Source: Auanema rhodensis
Taxonomy: Eukaryota > Animalia > Nematoda
Reading direction: 5' to 3'
Length of the DNA: 64,000 bases
Assembly (NCBI GenBank): GCA_964057225.1
Contig: OZ059900.1
Location: 6,944,001-7,008,000, forward strand
Shown: one piece after another, positions 30,001-42,709 of the stretch
How positions within the stretch are numbered: position 1 is the first letter of the stretch
Layout of the letters: each line of letters starts with the position of its first letter
The notes under the pieces: model-generated
The model's input: the letters and a program-made list of their open reading frames with translations, nothing else
What the model was told of the DNA's origin: nothing
Database searches by the model: none
Position numbers and translations under genes: made by a program

Positions 30001-30202
30001 CTGAACAAAATATAATTTTCACACTATATAAATATATTTGGGTATAATCTTTGTGAAAATTACAATGAAAGTTCAAAATATTTAATTGCTGGTGTGTTAT
30101 TGTATTGAACTGACCTAAGATTCGTGCATTTTCAAAGTCAGTAATGGAATAAGAGGTATTAATAAAAAACGGAAGAATGGAAATTATTATACGTAGACTC
30201 AT
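27052..30202 (-). CDS. Cuticlin-like ZP-domain protein with signal peptide, S/T-rich stalk and C-terminal TM helix
   Basis: Motifs GVPRLSC...FQGRI, ISFHPLVTT...FSLKC, IGDSIVHEWTC, LIDENGCIVD and KMFK...IEC...C...C...PPKC; TM segment GILSWAVLSSFVVMLVSICYI. Confidence 0.92.
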
Positions 30203-31499
30203 TGAATTTGTTATTTGACCTGAAAAAAAAATTACAAAACGGAAAGGACTGGGGGAAATCAAGTAGAAAAATCAAAAATTGAAGAATAGGTCAACGAGAT
30301 AAACTGTGGATCATAGTGTGAATAATACAAAAATTAAAATAATAGTATTAGTTATCAAATAATATTCATCAGCTTTTTTCTCTGCGTTGTAGTTAGAACA
30401 GATTATGTGAGTAGGCTTCACATTTCAGATGTGACTCTTCATAATCCGGCCAAACTTGTTTTCATGAATTACAAGAAAATCAAGCAAGTATGTGCTTTTG
30501 GTTAAGTGTGCTAGTCAATCGCTCGAATTGGTCGATGAAAAACAACAAAAACACAGATATGGAGACAACACACAAAACGTATACTCGTGTATTCGATGGC
30601 TTGCCTCAGTTGTTATAGACGAGATCAAGCAAGTTCTTTAGATCACATACTTCAAATGATTGAGAAAACCATATGAAGCTTCTTGATGATCGTTCTAATC
30701 ACGAGAGAACTACTTATCGTTAGTCAAAGTGAGCAAGATGAGAAACTAACTAGGAAAGCATAAAACACTTTATTCTGCTGAACAAGTTTCAATACTTGAT
30801 AATGAGGAACTATAGATGAGTAGAGCAATGGCATCATACTTGTTTACAAAGATTTTTTCGTTTATCTTCATTACAACAATGTTTTTCAAATATTTATAGA
30901 CAAAAAAAATGAGAAAACGGAAAGGTAACCCTACAAATATGGAAACAATTCACACCGTATTCGTATATGGAGACTGATTTCAGCAAAATCAAGTTTTTTT
31001 TTAAATTGTAAAAAAAAACATAAAAACATATAAAATTTTGATTCAATCATTTCTAAACTTTTTCTTCTTTTGCTCTGAAAATGGAGAAAAATAAACAAAT
31101 GTACAATAATGAAGGAACATGAGCAAATCATAATGAGCGAAAAAATATAATTACACATTACATAATGGGAAAAAACAATTTTCAACATTCTATTTGATTT
31201 TATTCTGTATATTGCTTCATTTTGGCATAACAGATGAGATGTTGTAACAACCGGAGGCATTTTTGGAGTGTTTGAACCAACCTGACTGTCTTGTTTGAAA
31301 CATTATTTGTCAAAAAATTAGAGGCTATTATGGAGAAGGAGAGAAAGAAAAAAAATAAATTATGCATATATCTATCAAATATATATATATATAAATTTCT
31401 AGCATATCAAATTAATTTTATAGCATTCAGTAACAGTTTTTCGTATTTTTTAAATTTTAAAACGTTAAATCGTTTCAATTCTTTTTTAGTTATCAAAAC

Positions 31500-34400
31500 T
31501 TATTGCTGTTTTATGAATGTCATTTTGGCAAATCGGGCTAAAGTAAAGAAGCTATAACACATAAGAGCTTGATAGATGAAGATCAAAGTGAAGATCACTA
31601 CACTGCTGCCGTTTAGTGGCGTATTCCGAATGGTTTTGATGATATTCCGAATAGTATTAGTAATAGTTTTCCAGATATTTAGTCGACTTTTTGAAAAACT
31701 ATTAACAATTTCCTGCAAAAAAAACAAGGAAAATAAAATAAATGTAATTGAGATACTGGCTATAAGTTGTAGGTTGCAACTACTATGATCATGAAGCCAG
31801 TTCTACTTACCATATTGGATTTTCCCTGAGTTTCGGGAACACACACGCCAACAATGACACAATACGTTGAAGTGGTTACAATGGACAGTACCAGACAGAA
31901 AACAATTCCCTTGCGTAATAGGTTCGGAACGAAGACAGTAAGAATACTACCGAATACATTCTGTGAAAAAGGTAATTGACTGTTTTAATAAGAAATAAAA
32001 AAAAGAAAAAAAAAGAAATAAGTAATAAAGTAAGAATAACTGGTTCGATAAAAGAATTTAATTACCTGGGCAACAGTTGCAATAGCCGTACCGCGTGAAG
32101 CATCACGTGGATCAAACAATTCTGGAACTATTGTAAAGGCTCCTTCCGATGCAACAGCACCTAATGCCACATCAATAGTTGCCACAATAGGTACCATATA
32201 CTTGGAAAGAAATTGACTCATCTCTGAATTACAAGCATATATTGCAAATAGCGTATGTTCAATATCTCACCATGATACGTTAACATATATCCTAAAAGAA
32301 AGAGACATATAAGGGAGCTAGCAGCCGTACTGCTAATTAGTAAAGTTTTACGCTTGAATAAATCGAAATAGCTGAAGAATCTCGAGTGATGCAAGAAGTA
32401 GTCTGACAACTCACAAAACAAGTATTACGCTCACCAACACCATTGGTAAACACATGAATATTGAAGATACTTGCGCTTCTTTTTCCGGGAGACCACCCAC
32501 ATCAGTGAAAATCTGTGTAGAAAAGCTAATCCAAACCTGAAAAATAAACATTGTTATAATTGCCTTCAACCTACAATTTTTTTTTAATTTAAAGAAAAAA
32601 GAAAAAAAACACTGAGTAATTGAACATTGATAATCTTTTTGTACTGCTCACCCAATCATTCAGATGCACCAAAGATAGCACAAATACTCCACAACAGAGT
32701 GCACGAACAAATCTCATGTCCTTAATTCAACAGAAAATTAGTTCACTACAAGAATGTGAAATGAAATTACATGGAATATTTCACTAAGTTGTGGCAAACC
32801 ATCCTTATGTTTTGGTCGATTGTCCTTCTAAATAAGTGTAAAGTAAGAATTGATTATACATCTGAATACGAAACGAAATCATAGGATGAGTTTCGAAGAG
32901 TAATTGAAAAGCACAAGCTTTACCAGGCTATTCTCTTCCAGCATTGTGTTGTATGTCAGCTCAGCTTCAACTACGTTCTGATAGAATGCAAGCGATTTTT
33001 TTGCTCCTTCAGGATTGTTGAAATCAAAAAGAAATCTGTAACAAAAAATGAAAAAAACATATTTCATTCTCTTCAGAATATCCATAAAAGAATTTGTTTT
33101 TGCACGCTCGTTGTCTTTCTCGGTTATCGTCTCACTCGTATTTTTATATCGTATTCTTTGATCTTCAACCAAAAAGAAAACCGATAAAACGCCTATATCG
33201 GGTATTGACAAGAAAGATAATTATGCTCTCTCATCAATAAGAAAATTTTAATAACATCGGCTAGCTCAAAAAGAGAGCGATTATTACGTGGAAAAAAATT
33301 GTGCAATGTGATGTTATATATTAATAATTCGAATATATTCCTGTATAGATTTATAATTGTTTCTTTTTTTTTACTTCGTATATTCCATTACCCATTCTAA
33401 TTTCAAATGGCTCACCTCGGAGAATCAGGTGCTTGAAGAATAAAAATAAATGCCGGAACTAGAACTACTAGTGGTAAGTACATGGGAACGAACCAGCTAT
33501 CGCCATCGCTCATAAACGTGGGAATGAGCATTCCTAGCGCCTCTCCGATGCATGCGAGACAAGCCTTAAACAAGATTTCTAAGATGTATTTTCAGTTTTC
33601 TGTCCGCCGTAATACATAGATACGAGCTTTAGGACAACCTGGGTTGCTGAGATAACTCATTTTGCATAAAAACGTAAGCAAAATCTTAAATCGCAACTAA
33701 GAATGTTTGAAACTGACCAATAAAGCAAGAAAAGATCCACGCGTGCTGACTGGCGCAATTTCTGAAACCATTGTACTACCGAAAACCTAAAAAGCATATA
33801 TTTCTATAAGCTGATATATTATACTTTTCATACAAGACTATAGATTATAATCTGAACTTACTAATGTGATTGATGTACCAATACCATTGAGTAATCGGCC
33901 AATAATAGAGAGTTCAACGCCCATAACACTTTCAGTTTCAATAAGATATGTTGTTAAAATACCAAGAATACTGATGAGAATTCCTAAATTACATGCGAAT
34001 TGATGATATATAAGGAAATTCAAGAATAATGAAGTGAAATATGATGCACAGCTTGGAGAAAAAAAGCATTTTGCTGCCGATTTCAATAAAACATTCTCAT
34101 TCAAAAAATATGATTCTTCAATATACTGCACTGTTTACCTTGTAACACGGGTTTTTTACGTCCGAATGAGTTAGGTATCATTATCGAAAACACACTACCG
34201 AATGCCATGCCTAATGTTCTAGCAGCAATAAAACGAGCCCATGTTCGCTCAGCTGTAATTAATAAAACATGATCAAATTTATAAAAATAATAGAACTAAC
34301 CATCTTCTGAATTACCATATATGGATAAGAGATATTTGTGGGCAGGCGGTTGTAAGTTGTCAACAACTGAATCTAAGTAAAGCTAGAAAAGATATAAAAA

Positions 34401-34520
34401 TGCCGAAAAGAAACTAAAATAACTCTAAGATACCTGAAAATGACTTCCTAAAGAACAGCAAAATGATATAATGAATAGATGTGTTTTCGGTGAGGCATAA
34501 TGCCTGCCATAAAAACGCAT
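31500..34520 (-). CDS. MFS sugar-porter (GLUT/SLC2A-like) transporter
   Basis: Multi-exon gene with motifs FGRK, IIGRLLNGIG, VSEIAPVSTRG, PDSP, KRKTLL, VPELF and PETQGK, and many hydrophobic helices. Confidence 0.92.
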
Positions 34521-36371
34521 CTGAGATCTAGAAAAATCAAATAAGTGAAATGCTTTTTAAAAATTGAGAGTGAAAATAAAAAAAAGGATCAAATTATTCT
34601 CAAATATTTATAATATTGATGAAATAATAGTTGGAATCAAGTAAAAACTTTGTAAAATGTTTAAACATCAAATATATAAGAGGAAAATGTTGGAAAAATA
34701 AACGAATACCGGAGATGAATCTTTAACGTATTTGTTCTCATTATCTGTTCAAAACTGTGGATTAGAAAAAGGGTAAAACTTTACGTATTGCGATAAAAAG
34801 AATGAGGAAATAAGATTTGAAGAGAAAAAAAAGAAAACGATAAAGATAGAGAAGAAAGGAGAGACAGCGCAAAAATAAAGGGAGGAGCCAATCAGGCATT
34901 GGCTTTCACTCTGAAAAAAGAAAAGACAAGATCGCATTGATCAGAAATGAAAATAGGTACTCCATGTAAAGAGCGAAAATTGGTTGTCGAGGAAAATGAA
35001 TATGAGATATTCACGACAGAAACTAGGAAGAACTTAAGTCCAGTGTCTGCATAAACGATAAACATCTGCAGATATCAATCGCATGTTCAGCCAAATCGTC
35101 TTCAAGCCAGCATTCACATCTTCAAATCGTCTATCGCTTTTTCTCTTTCAGGCAATAGATATTGATAGATTTTTATATGAACATGTTGATATATTCTAAA
35201 AAAAAATATAAATTAATTAGTAATGAGGTTAATGAGAAGATATTATGATAGCACGTATTCGTTATTCACATTCATGAACTTTTAATGAGAACCATGAACG
35301 TTAATACAGAATATAAGCTACAAATGATCTGAATACCATTTCTAAAAAAACTTTTCATGCTAAATTAAAAAATTTCAAAGTTTTTATAACTTTTCATTAT
35401 TATATATAATATACACATACTATAATATACATATATGTATATGTATGTATGTATATACATATAGTTTATATATCGAAAACAGATGCATGATTCAGATAAG
35501 TAGATAGACAGAGAGCGAAATGAAAGTTATTTTAATAACCAAAGAAAAACATGCGTATTGCAATAGAGAAAAGAATTTTTTTCGTTCAAAAACTAGATTA
35601 ATAATCGTTTAAAGATTAGGTCATTTATACTATGTGTAAATATATATATATGTAGTATATATAAATGAGAAAAAATATATATGAGAAATTATTGAAATAA
35701 TTATAAGCAAGAGAACAGAGAACAAAGTAATCTGGTTATCAATCTGTTCTTCATATTAAAAAAAAATAATCATTATTGAAACAGTAATTTTTTTTATTAT
35801 TTTGGAATAAATAATTTGTAGGAATATTTAAATTATTAAATTAAAAATATATTTAACTTATGAAAGGAATAATATGTAATTAACTTGGTATTAATAGATT
35901 TCACTATGCTTTATACAATGATAGTTGAATCTGCTAAATGGATGGCATATAAGAGAGCAATGCCATACTATGAATGTGTTAACTATATAAATTTTATGAT
36001 TATCAGTAAGTTAATAAAAGTTTCTATTTCTTAGTTTCAGCTACAATTTTCAAAATGTTAATTCAAATTAAGAGTATAACATGACTAATAGGTCAAAAAG
36101 ATATAAAGTTGTAGTAAGAATATGGTTTTGTATTATGAATTGTTAATTGTACTATACTACTTGCTCTAATTTTTCATATTTAAGTTCAAAAACTAATCAA
36201 GAACATTTTCTCGATTTCTTTATGTGAAAATTATATTTTTTTTTTGAAAAACAATTCTTTACATCAACAAATATTGCATAGAACATTATAAACAAAGAAA
36301 AACAACGTTGTATTAACAAGGGGATTGACAAAAGCTGCGGACATACAAGTGCTAACAGCACTGGCAGATAA

Positions 36372-36409
36372 ATCATCATCATCATCATCATCATCGTCAT
36401 CATCATCAT
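36372..36409. repeat. (ATC)n microsatellite
   Basis: About 12 ATC units with one GTC interruption. Confidence 0.85.
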
Positions 36410-39008
36410 ATTCAATACTTTAATAGACTTGTTTCCGCTTCGTTTGAAACGCAAGTTTTCAGTAACCACAAGGCAATTTGGAAAAATTGATATGGCTTAG
36501 GCTATATATGCACAAGAACATTTAGAGAGAAAAGCGACACGAAAAACGAAATTGTGGCTTAGCAGCTGTGTGCATAGAATGTAAAATAGAAGATTGTGAA
36601 TATTCATCGAGTTGGCATAATGATTAAGCAATGTTTTTTTTGTGCAAAATACAGATATATGATATACATTACTTGATCATTTATTTATATATTCAAAGAC
36701 ATTGCTTATGCGTTTCCGAAAGTTTCAGGAAAAGACAAACAATGAAAGAGAATGATTGTTTCACACGTACTTAACTATATTACTTCTTTATGTAAATAAT
36801 GATATGAAAAAGAGTGTTATAAAAAAAATAATTTTATAAAAGAGTTATGGTTATGAAAAAAAACTATTAATAAGAAAAATATTAAATTAAAAGTTTAAAT
36901 TTAATGATGATGTTGTTGACATTGATGAAGGCAGCATTATTTGGTATAAATTGAGATAGGTCCATTAAATTGTGTGGATATAAACAGAGCGCTCGATGTT
37001 GCTGACGTAGAGGTGTGTTATGGATGAATAGGAGGTCTGAGGGGAGAAAGAGAAGATACGTATAGATATGCGATATAATCGTTCATGTTATGTAGATCAT
37101 GTTATGATTCCGAATTATACACCAAAGGTTAATGTGTGAAAATACATTATTATCTATTTTATTTCGAGAAACAAAAATTATAGTTAGAAAAGCGAAACGA
37201 GCACAAATTGCAACAGATTTATAGAGAAAATTATGAATAGTGTAGATATTGGCAAAAACTTAGATTAATGTTCATAAAATAAATATTAATTCGCTCTAAT
37301 TGAGTGAGAAAATACGTTTGGAGGTTTACAAATTTTCTATCATATCAATCTCTAAATTTTTTTTTCTGGTTCAAAACAATTTGTTCATATCTAAACATTC
37401 CTTTATCATTTTTTTTATCAACATCTATTACTTTCTTCCTCTTTCGTGTTGTATTGTTGTGGATTATCATTTGTTATTTTTCTTTTTTTTTGTTGATTAA
37501 TTACATGTGCACTCAAATTAATTTCTATTTACTAATTAATTTTGAAATTTTTTATATTCATTTTATAATATTATTGATAGCTTCTAGCCTTATAATGAAA
37601 AAAGTAGGTTTTATGTCTTAAATACTTAATTTTTTATTTATTTCTTAATTTGAGAACAAACCAATCTCATATTAAGGCTCATATATATATATAAAATAGG
37701 CTTATTACAGATATTTGGCATGTTGGAAAACCGATAAATCATTCACATTTACTAAACTATTTCACTATTATATACTTATGATACTAGACTGAAGATTATC
37801 TAAAAATAGTTATCTCATTCATGAAACCATGAGACTTACTCTAGTTGAATAAACCTTTGAAAACATTTAATTTTTCCACTAGTGCCTTAATAAACTTGCA
37901 CTTGCATGCTAGGTTCTGTTATATATTACACATTATATTTAAAAATTAGTTTCATTTCGCAGACTCTCATCCATATCTCAGTATATCATTCAAATTAACA
38001 GTTTTCCAGAGAGATGTGCCATCGTTTTCATGACAGATTAACTAGCTATAGAGTTTCATGTCCATTCTCATCTACCGAAGGGGGTACAACGTGAAGTTAA
38101 AACCGGTCTATACGTGGCCTATCTATTCAAATCGGAGAACCATGTGGACATCCACAAATGCATACATATACACGAAAATCATGTGTGAAGAAGAATATGA
38201 TAGGAAATTTAGATACTAAATGTAGAGAGAACTGAAGAAAAGTATGCGAGAAGATAAAGCAAACAGCTAACTACCGGAGTTCTAGAAAGAACTCAGCAAT
38301 TATGGCAAAGGAAATAAGATGAGATCAAAGATATTGAAGTGGCCTGAAAACAACGTTTTATATTATACCATCTGTTCTACAACAACCTATGACCGAAACT
38401 GTAAAAAGAATGTATAGAGCCAATTGTTTCCAGTTTTCTCACTCATGAGAAATCAATAGCATCTTTCTTAAATTTGAGATCAATTAAATTTTTTAGGTTT
38501 AAATAGTTACAAGTTTGCTGTTTTTTGTGGAACAACTTCATATGCTTTCAATATTTTCCGATAGAAAATATTAAAAGACGTCTCTCATGTACACTTTTTT
38601 ATAATGTTTATCTATATACTTATAGAAAACTATAAAATAATATTAATTATATATACATATATATAATATATTATGGGAATAGGAAGGACGCGATAGACGC
38701 GATGTCAAAGAGTAGTACTGACATGACTTCATGAAGGCTATAATCACTTACTCGAAAAAAAAAATTTTTTAAATTTTTTTGTGATTATTATAAAAAAAAA
38801 TTTTTACTATTATATATATATATATAGAATACAGAAGAAATAATTAATAAGAAATCAACGAATTGTCTATATCTGGCACTTATTCGAAGGCACCAATGAA
38901 CGGTACACCCAAAATAATCAAATCAGATTTTTTTATCAAATGAGTGTGTGCACTAGTATGAAGTACGACGCAGATTTTTAATGTTTAGGGTTCTGACGAC
39001 ATTGCAGT

Positions 39009-39192
39009 ATCGCTTCTCGGCCTTTTGGCTAAGATCAAAGTGTAGTAATCGTTCTTATCGAATTAACCTTCGATATGTGTTCCATTGGTTCACAATAAGG
39101 TTAACCGATTTTTGAGACCTGAGGTAGATGCTGGCTTGCTAGCTCCATCTCACGGGTCGACCCGCTCTTGCACTGCTGGCGGGAACGGCCCA
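39009..39192 (+). ncRNA. U2: U2 spliceosomal snRNA, full length, variant just 3' of the branch-point recognition sequence
   Basis: Begins ATCGCTTCTCGGCCTTTTGGCTAAGATCAAAGTGTAGTA; stem IIa ATCGAA...TTCGAT; Sm site GATTTTTG; stem IV loop TTGCACTGC; ends GGCCCA. Confidence 0.95.
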
Positions 39193-39209
39193 TCCCCTTT
39201 GGGGGAGAA

Positions 39210-39356
39210 TAATCGTTCTTATCGAATTAACCTTCGATATGTGTTCCATTGGTTCACAATAAGGTTAACCGATTTTTGAGACTTGAGGTAGATGCTGGCT
39301 TGCTAGCTCCATGTCACGGGTTGACCCGCTCTTGCACTGCAGGCGGGAACGGCCCA
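39210..39356 (+). pseudogene. 5'-truncated tandem U2 copy lacking stem I and the branch-point recognition sequence
   Basis: Near-identical to 39046-39192 with a few substitutions. Confidence 0.9.
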
Positions 39357-39378
39357 TCCCCCCTAGGGGGAGAATAGT

Positions 39379-39477
39379 TGTTCTTATCGAATTAACCTTC
39401 GATATGTGTTCCATTGGTTAACCGATTTTTGAGACTTGAGGTAGATGCTGGCTTGCTAGCTCCATCTCACGGGTCGA
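39379..39477 (+). pseudogene. Third U2 fragment, truncated at both ends, with a 12-nt internal deletion, fused to the 5S repeat unit
   Basis: GTTCTTATCGAATT...CCATTGGTT^AACCGATTTTTG...GGGTCGA, then joins AAGCATGAGCG (same as 42163 onward). Confidence 0.88.
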
Positions 39478-40030
39478 ATAGAAAGCATGAGCGAAGGAAG
39501 TCATGTCTCTTCTGATGAATTGACAGAGTTTAAGTACCAAAAGTAAAGGAATCAGGAGATTAAATGACAGTTTGAAGATGAAAACGTGAATGTTGTAATT
39601 CTGATTTGTATTATTGTTTCTTTTGAGCACCGAGAATTTCAGTGATCATGAATAAAACTTAACAACTGACAGACATCTACTTGGGATTTTATTTATTCGA
39701 TATTTAACTATAAATTTGTTTTTTGTTATAATAAACAATTATTATACTTTGTTTATATTTTTTATTTTATTTATAAATAAATACCTGATAGTACTTGTGG
39801 ATATATTAATGATCATGGAAAAGTTATTTAATATATCATTTCATGTAAACGAAATGAGCAATAGAATATTCATTTCACGATGTAAAAATATAAATGACGG
39901 TTTTTCCTTCATGAGACAATGAATAAAAGAGTATAACGCAGATGTTTTATTTCTGCCAAACGTTGTGCACTTTCTGCTACCACATACAACGAAGTTCACA
40001 ATTATAAGCGGTCAACTAAACTCTAACTTC

Positions 40031-40149
40031 GCTTACGACCATACCACGTTGAAAGTACGCCATCCCGTCCGATCTGGCAAGTCAAGCAACGTTGGGCCCG
40101 GTTAGTACTTGGATCGGAGACGGCTTGGGAATCCCGGGTGCCGTAAGCT
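40031..40149 (+). rRNA. 5S rRNA (copy 1)
   Basis: 119 nt, GCTTACGACCATACCACGTTGAAAG...GTAAGCT, with internal A and C boxes and a TTTT/TTTTT Pol III terminator. Confidence 0.97.
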
Positions 40150-40207
40150 TTTCATTTTTCATTTAAAAAAAAGTATCAGAAAATAGTTATTGACAATGGG
40201 ATATACG

Positions 40208-40226
40208 CTCTATTGATACGCGGGAA
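40208..40226 (+). promoter_or_regulatory. Conserved motif CTCTATTGATACGCGGGAA containing an E2F-like TTCCCGCG site, between 5S and gene A
   Basis: Present in all four units, with diverged versions at ~41818-41836 (+) and ~56880-56899 (-). Confidence 0.45.
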
Positions 40227-40396
40227 TATATTATATTTTAAATAAAAAATGCTCCAAATGTCATAATGATTCTATTTCCAATTATTATTTTTTCTTACAT
40301 ATATAGCTTGTTAAATACTTTTTTTTAATTTAATTCTTTTATTTTTCAGTAAATTCAATTGTCTTAGTTTAACCAAGTAGGTCATCGAAAATCAAA

Positions 40397-40969
40397 ATGG
40401 TTAGTAAATCTTGTTATGTTATTTCCAATTTATATTGTTGTAGAATTTTGTTGATGAATCATTTGTTAATGAAGGAAAAGTTGTGAGAAAAGAGTCAAAG
40501 AGACAATCACAAAATATTCGGCAGAGTAGAAGAAGAAGCGTGATGTCAACTGAGAATAGTAGTAACAAGGTTAGGATATTATATAGTTTATCAATCTATT
40601 AATCGTTTATAATAGAATGCACTGAATCAGAACAACGGAATTATTTCCGACGACGAAGAAATGAATAATCGTATGCTCTTTGATTTTGGTCTACTGACAG
40701 ACGAAACAAAGATGCATAAGAAAATTGAACAAGTTTTAAGGAAAATAGAAATAGCTGAAGAGGAAAACTATAGAAGAGAACGAGAGCATAAGAATAACAT
40801 GTGCAGAGAATATCAAAAGCTTCAATCCCTTATGACTCAACATCTTCGATTTCTTGCCAGTGAAATCGAAGTTTATTTTGATAATAGCATGACAGTTCCA
40901 AAGCCATTGATGACAGAATATGAGGAGACTAGAAGATATTTCAAAGAAATTATGAATAACATGGATTAA
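40397..40969 (+). CDS. 5S-spacer gene A, copy 1: 160-aa protein with a basic disordered N-terminus and a helical/coiled-coil C-terminus; exons 40397-40399, 40444-40569, 40616-40969
   Basis: Upstream TTTTTCAG (trans-splice-like acceptor), an ATG-only first coding exon and two phase-0 GT-AG introns give MNFVDESF...RQSRRRSVMS...SDDEEMNNRMLF...EIMNNMD. Confidence 0.8.
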
Positions 40970-41716
40970 CCATAGCGAGTTGTAAACTATATGCTATATT
41001 CTTTTAAATTATGAATTTTCCCCTTTGCCTTGTAAAATATGTTATTTGTATTCAAATACTTGCTTCTATTCTGTGAATATGCTGTGATTTGTTGTTTTAT
41101 TTTTAAATTAGAATTTGTTTAAGGTTATGATGATTGCAAGACTTTTCACAATTTTTCAATCTTGTACTATTATACAGAATATAAAAATATTATGAATGAT
41201 TAAACCTTTTATATGTTTGACATACCAATATCATCATTTGAACTGACATGGTAGAAATTATTTCGAAAACTACAATTGGTGTAAACTTGAAGCAACATTT
41301 TCATTCACTTCTCAAAAAAAAACTTTAAATTTTGTGTTCATTTTCTCAATAGCATATTAAATGAGTTTAAAGGGCAAATTTGAGGATTAACCTGAAAATG
41401 TTTTCTAGAGAGTCTGGAGAGTACGGTATATTATACTTTTTTCAAATAATTATCTTCTAATGTTTCTCTTTATCTACATATTCATGGCGAACTATGTAAT
41501 GAAAATATATTTGTATATAAATTGAAGAACATGAAGGAAAGAGCCTCAAGGGGTAAAAGTGACATGAATTCATGAAGGTCACAGTTACTCGAAATTGTTT
41601 TGTGACTTTTAAATAAAAAATTTATGTTTATTTCATATTTATATACACCTATATTCAGTAGTTTTTGAGAGAAAAAATGCGAAATCCACCAATTGAACAA
41701 ATCTGACCCCTCACGT

Positions 41717-41740
41717 AAGTCATCCCGGGTGCCGCAAGCC
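41717..41740 (+). pseudogene. Remnant of a 5S rRNA 3' end (mirror copies at ~50842-50865 and ~53101-53124)
   Basis: ATCCCGGGTGCCGCAAGC versus 5S ATCCCGGGTGCCGTAAGC (17/18), followed by flank resembling the 5S downstream flank. Confidence 0.7.
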
Positions 41741-41989
41741 AATTTATCTTTTGCTAAAAGTCTTTGAAGAATTAACAAATCTTTCTAAAAAAATGTTTAT
41801 CGGCAACCACTTGTGTGCTCTAATGATACGCGGGGGATAGTTCGATACTGTGAGCAATTCAAACATTGTATGGATTTAATTAATTTTCTGTACAACTAAT
41901 TTAAGTATTTATTTAATGTTTTTGATCATTTTATTGTAATTGCAGTTGTTTTTAATCTTAAATTCTAATTTCCAGTTGAAGAGGTGACT

Positions 41990-42267
41990 ATGGACAACGA
42001 AAACGATCTCAGTGATGAACAACTTGTGAACAGAAATCAACCGAGTTTGCTTCTCATGCTAGAGCAGAAGAACGGTTAATTCATACCAAACAAGTGAAAC
42101 ATCTCAAACTTCATTGTATGATTATTGATAAAATGAGCGAAATGCTTGAGGAAATAAAAGTAAGCATGAGCGAAGGAAGTCATGTCTCTTCTGATGAATT
42201 GACAGAGTTTAAGTACCAAAAGTAAAGGAATCAGGAGATTAAATGACAGTTTGAAGATGAAAACGTG
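41990..42267 (+). pseudogene. Gene B: frameshifted, diverged paralog of gene A
   Basis: TTTCCAG acceptor, then ATG MDNENDLSDEQ... stopping at 42079. A second frame reads RAEERL...EIKVSMSEGSHVSSDELTEF, which aligns without gaps to gene A EIEVYFDNSMTVPKPLMTEY. Confidence 0.55.
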
Positions 42268-42709
42268 AATGTTGTAATTCTGATTTGTATTATTGTTTCT
42301 TTTGAGCACCGAGAATTTCAGTGATCCTGAATAAAACTTAACAACTGACAGACATCTACTTGAGATTTTATTTATTCGATATTTAACTATAAATTTGTTT
42401 TTTGTTATAATAAACAATTATTATACTTTGTTTATATTTTTTATTTTATTTATAAATAAATACCTGATAGTACTTGTGGATATATTAATGATCATGGAAA
42501 AGTTATTTAATATATCATTTCATGTAAACGAAATGAGCAATAGAATATTCATTTCACGATGTAAAAATATAAATGACGGTTTTCCCTTCATAAGACAATG
42601 AATAAAAGAGTATAACGCAGATGTTTTATTTCTGCCAAACGTTGTGCACTTTCTGCTACCACATACAACGAAGTTCACAATTATAAGCGGTCAACTAAAC
42701 TCTAACTTC

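Noticed and set aside
39085-39279. 64-aa ORF
   Set aside because: It overlaps the U2 snRNA copies and is spurious.
39716-39922. 68-aa ORF repeated four times (also the 98-aa ORF at 41482/50805 and the satellite ORFs at 45570/45861)
   Set aside because: They have non-ATG starts and AT-rich low-complexity composition, and recur only because the DNA is duplicated.
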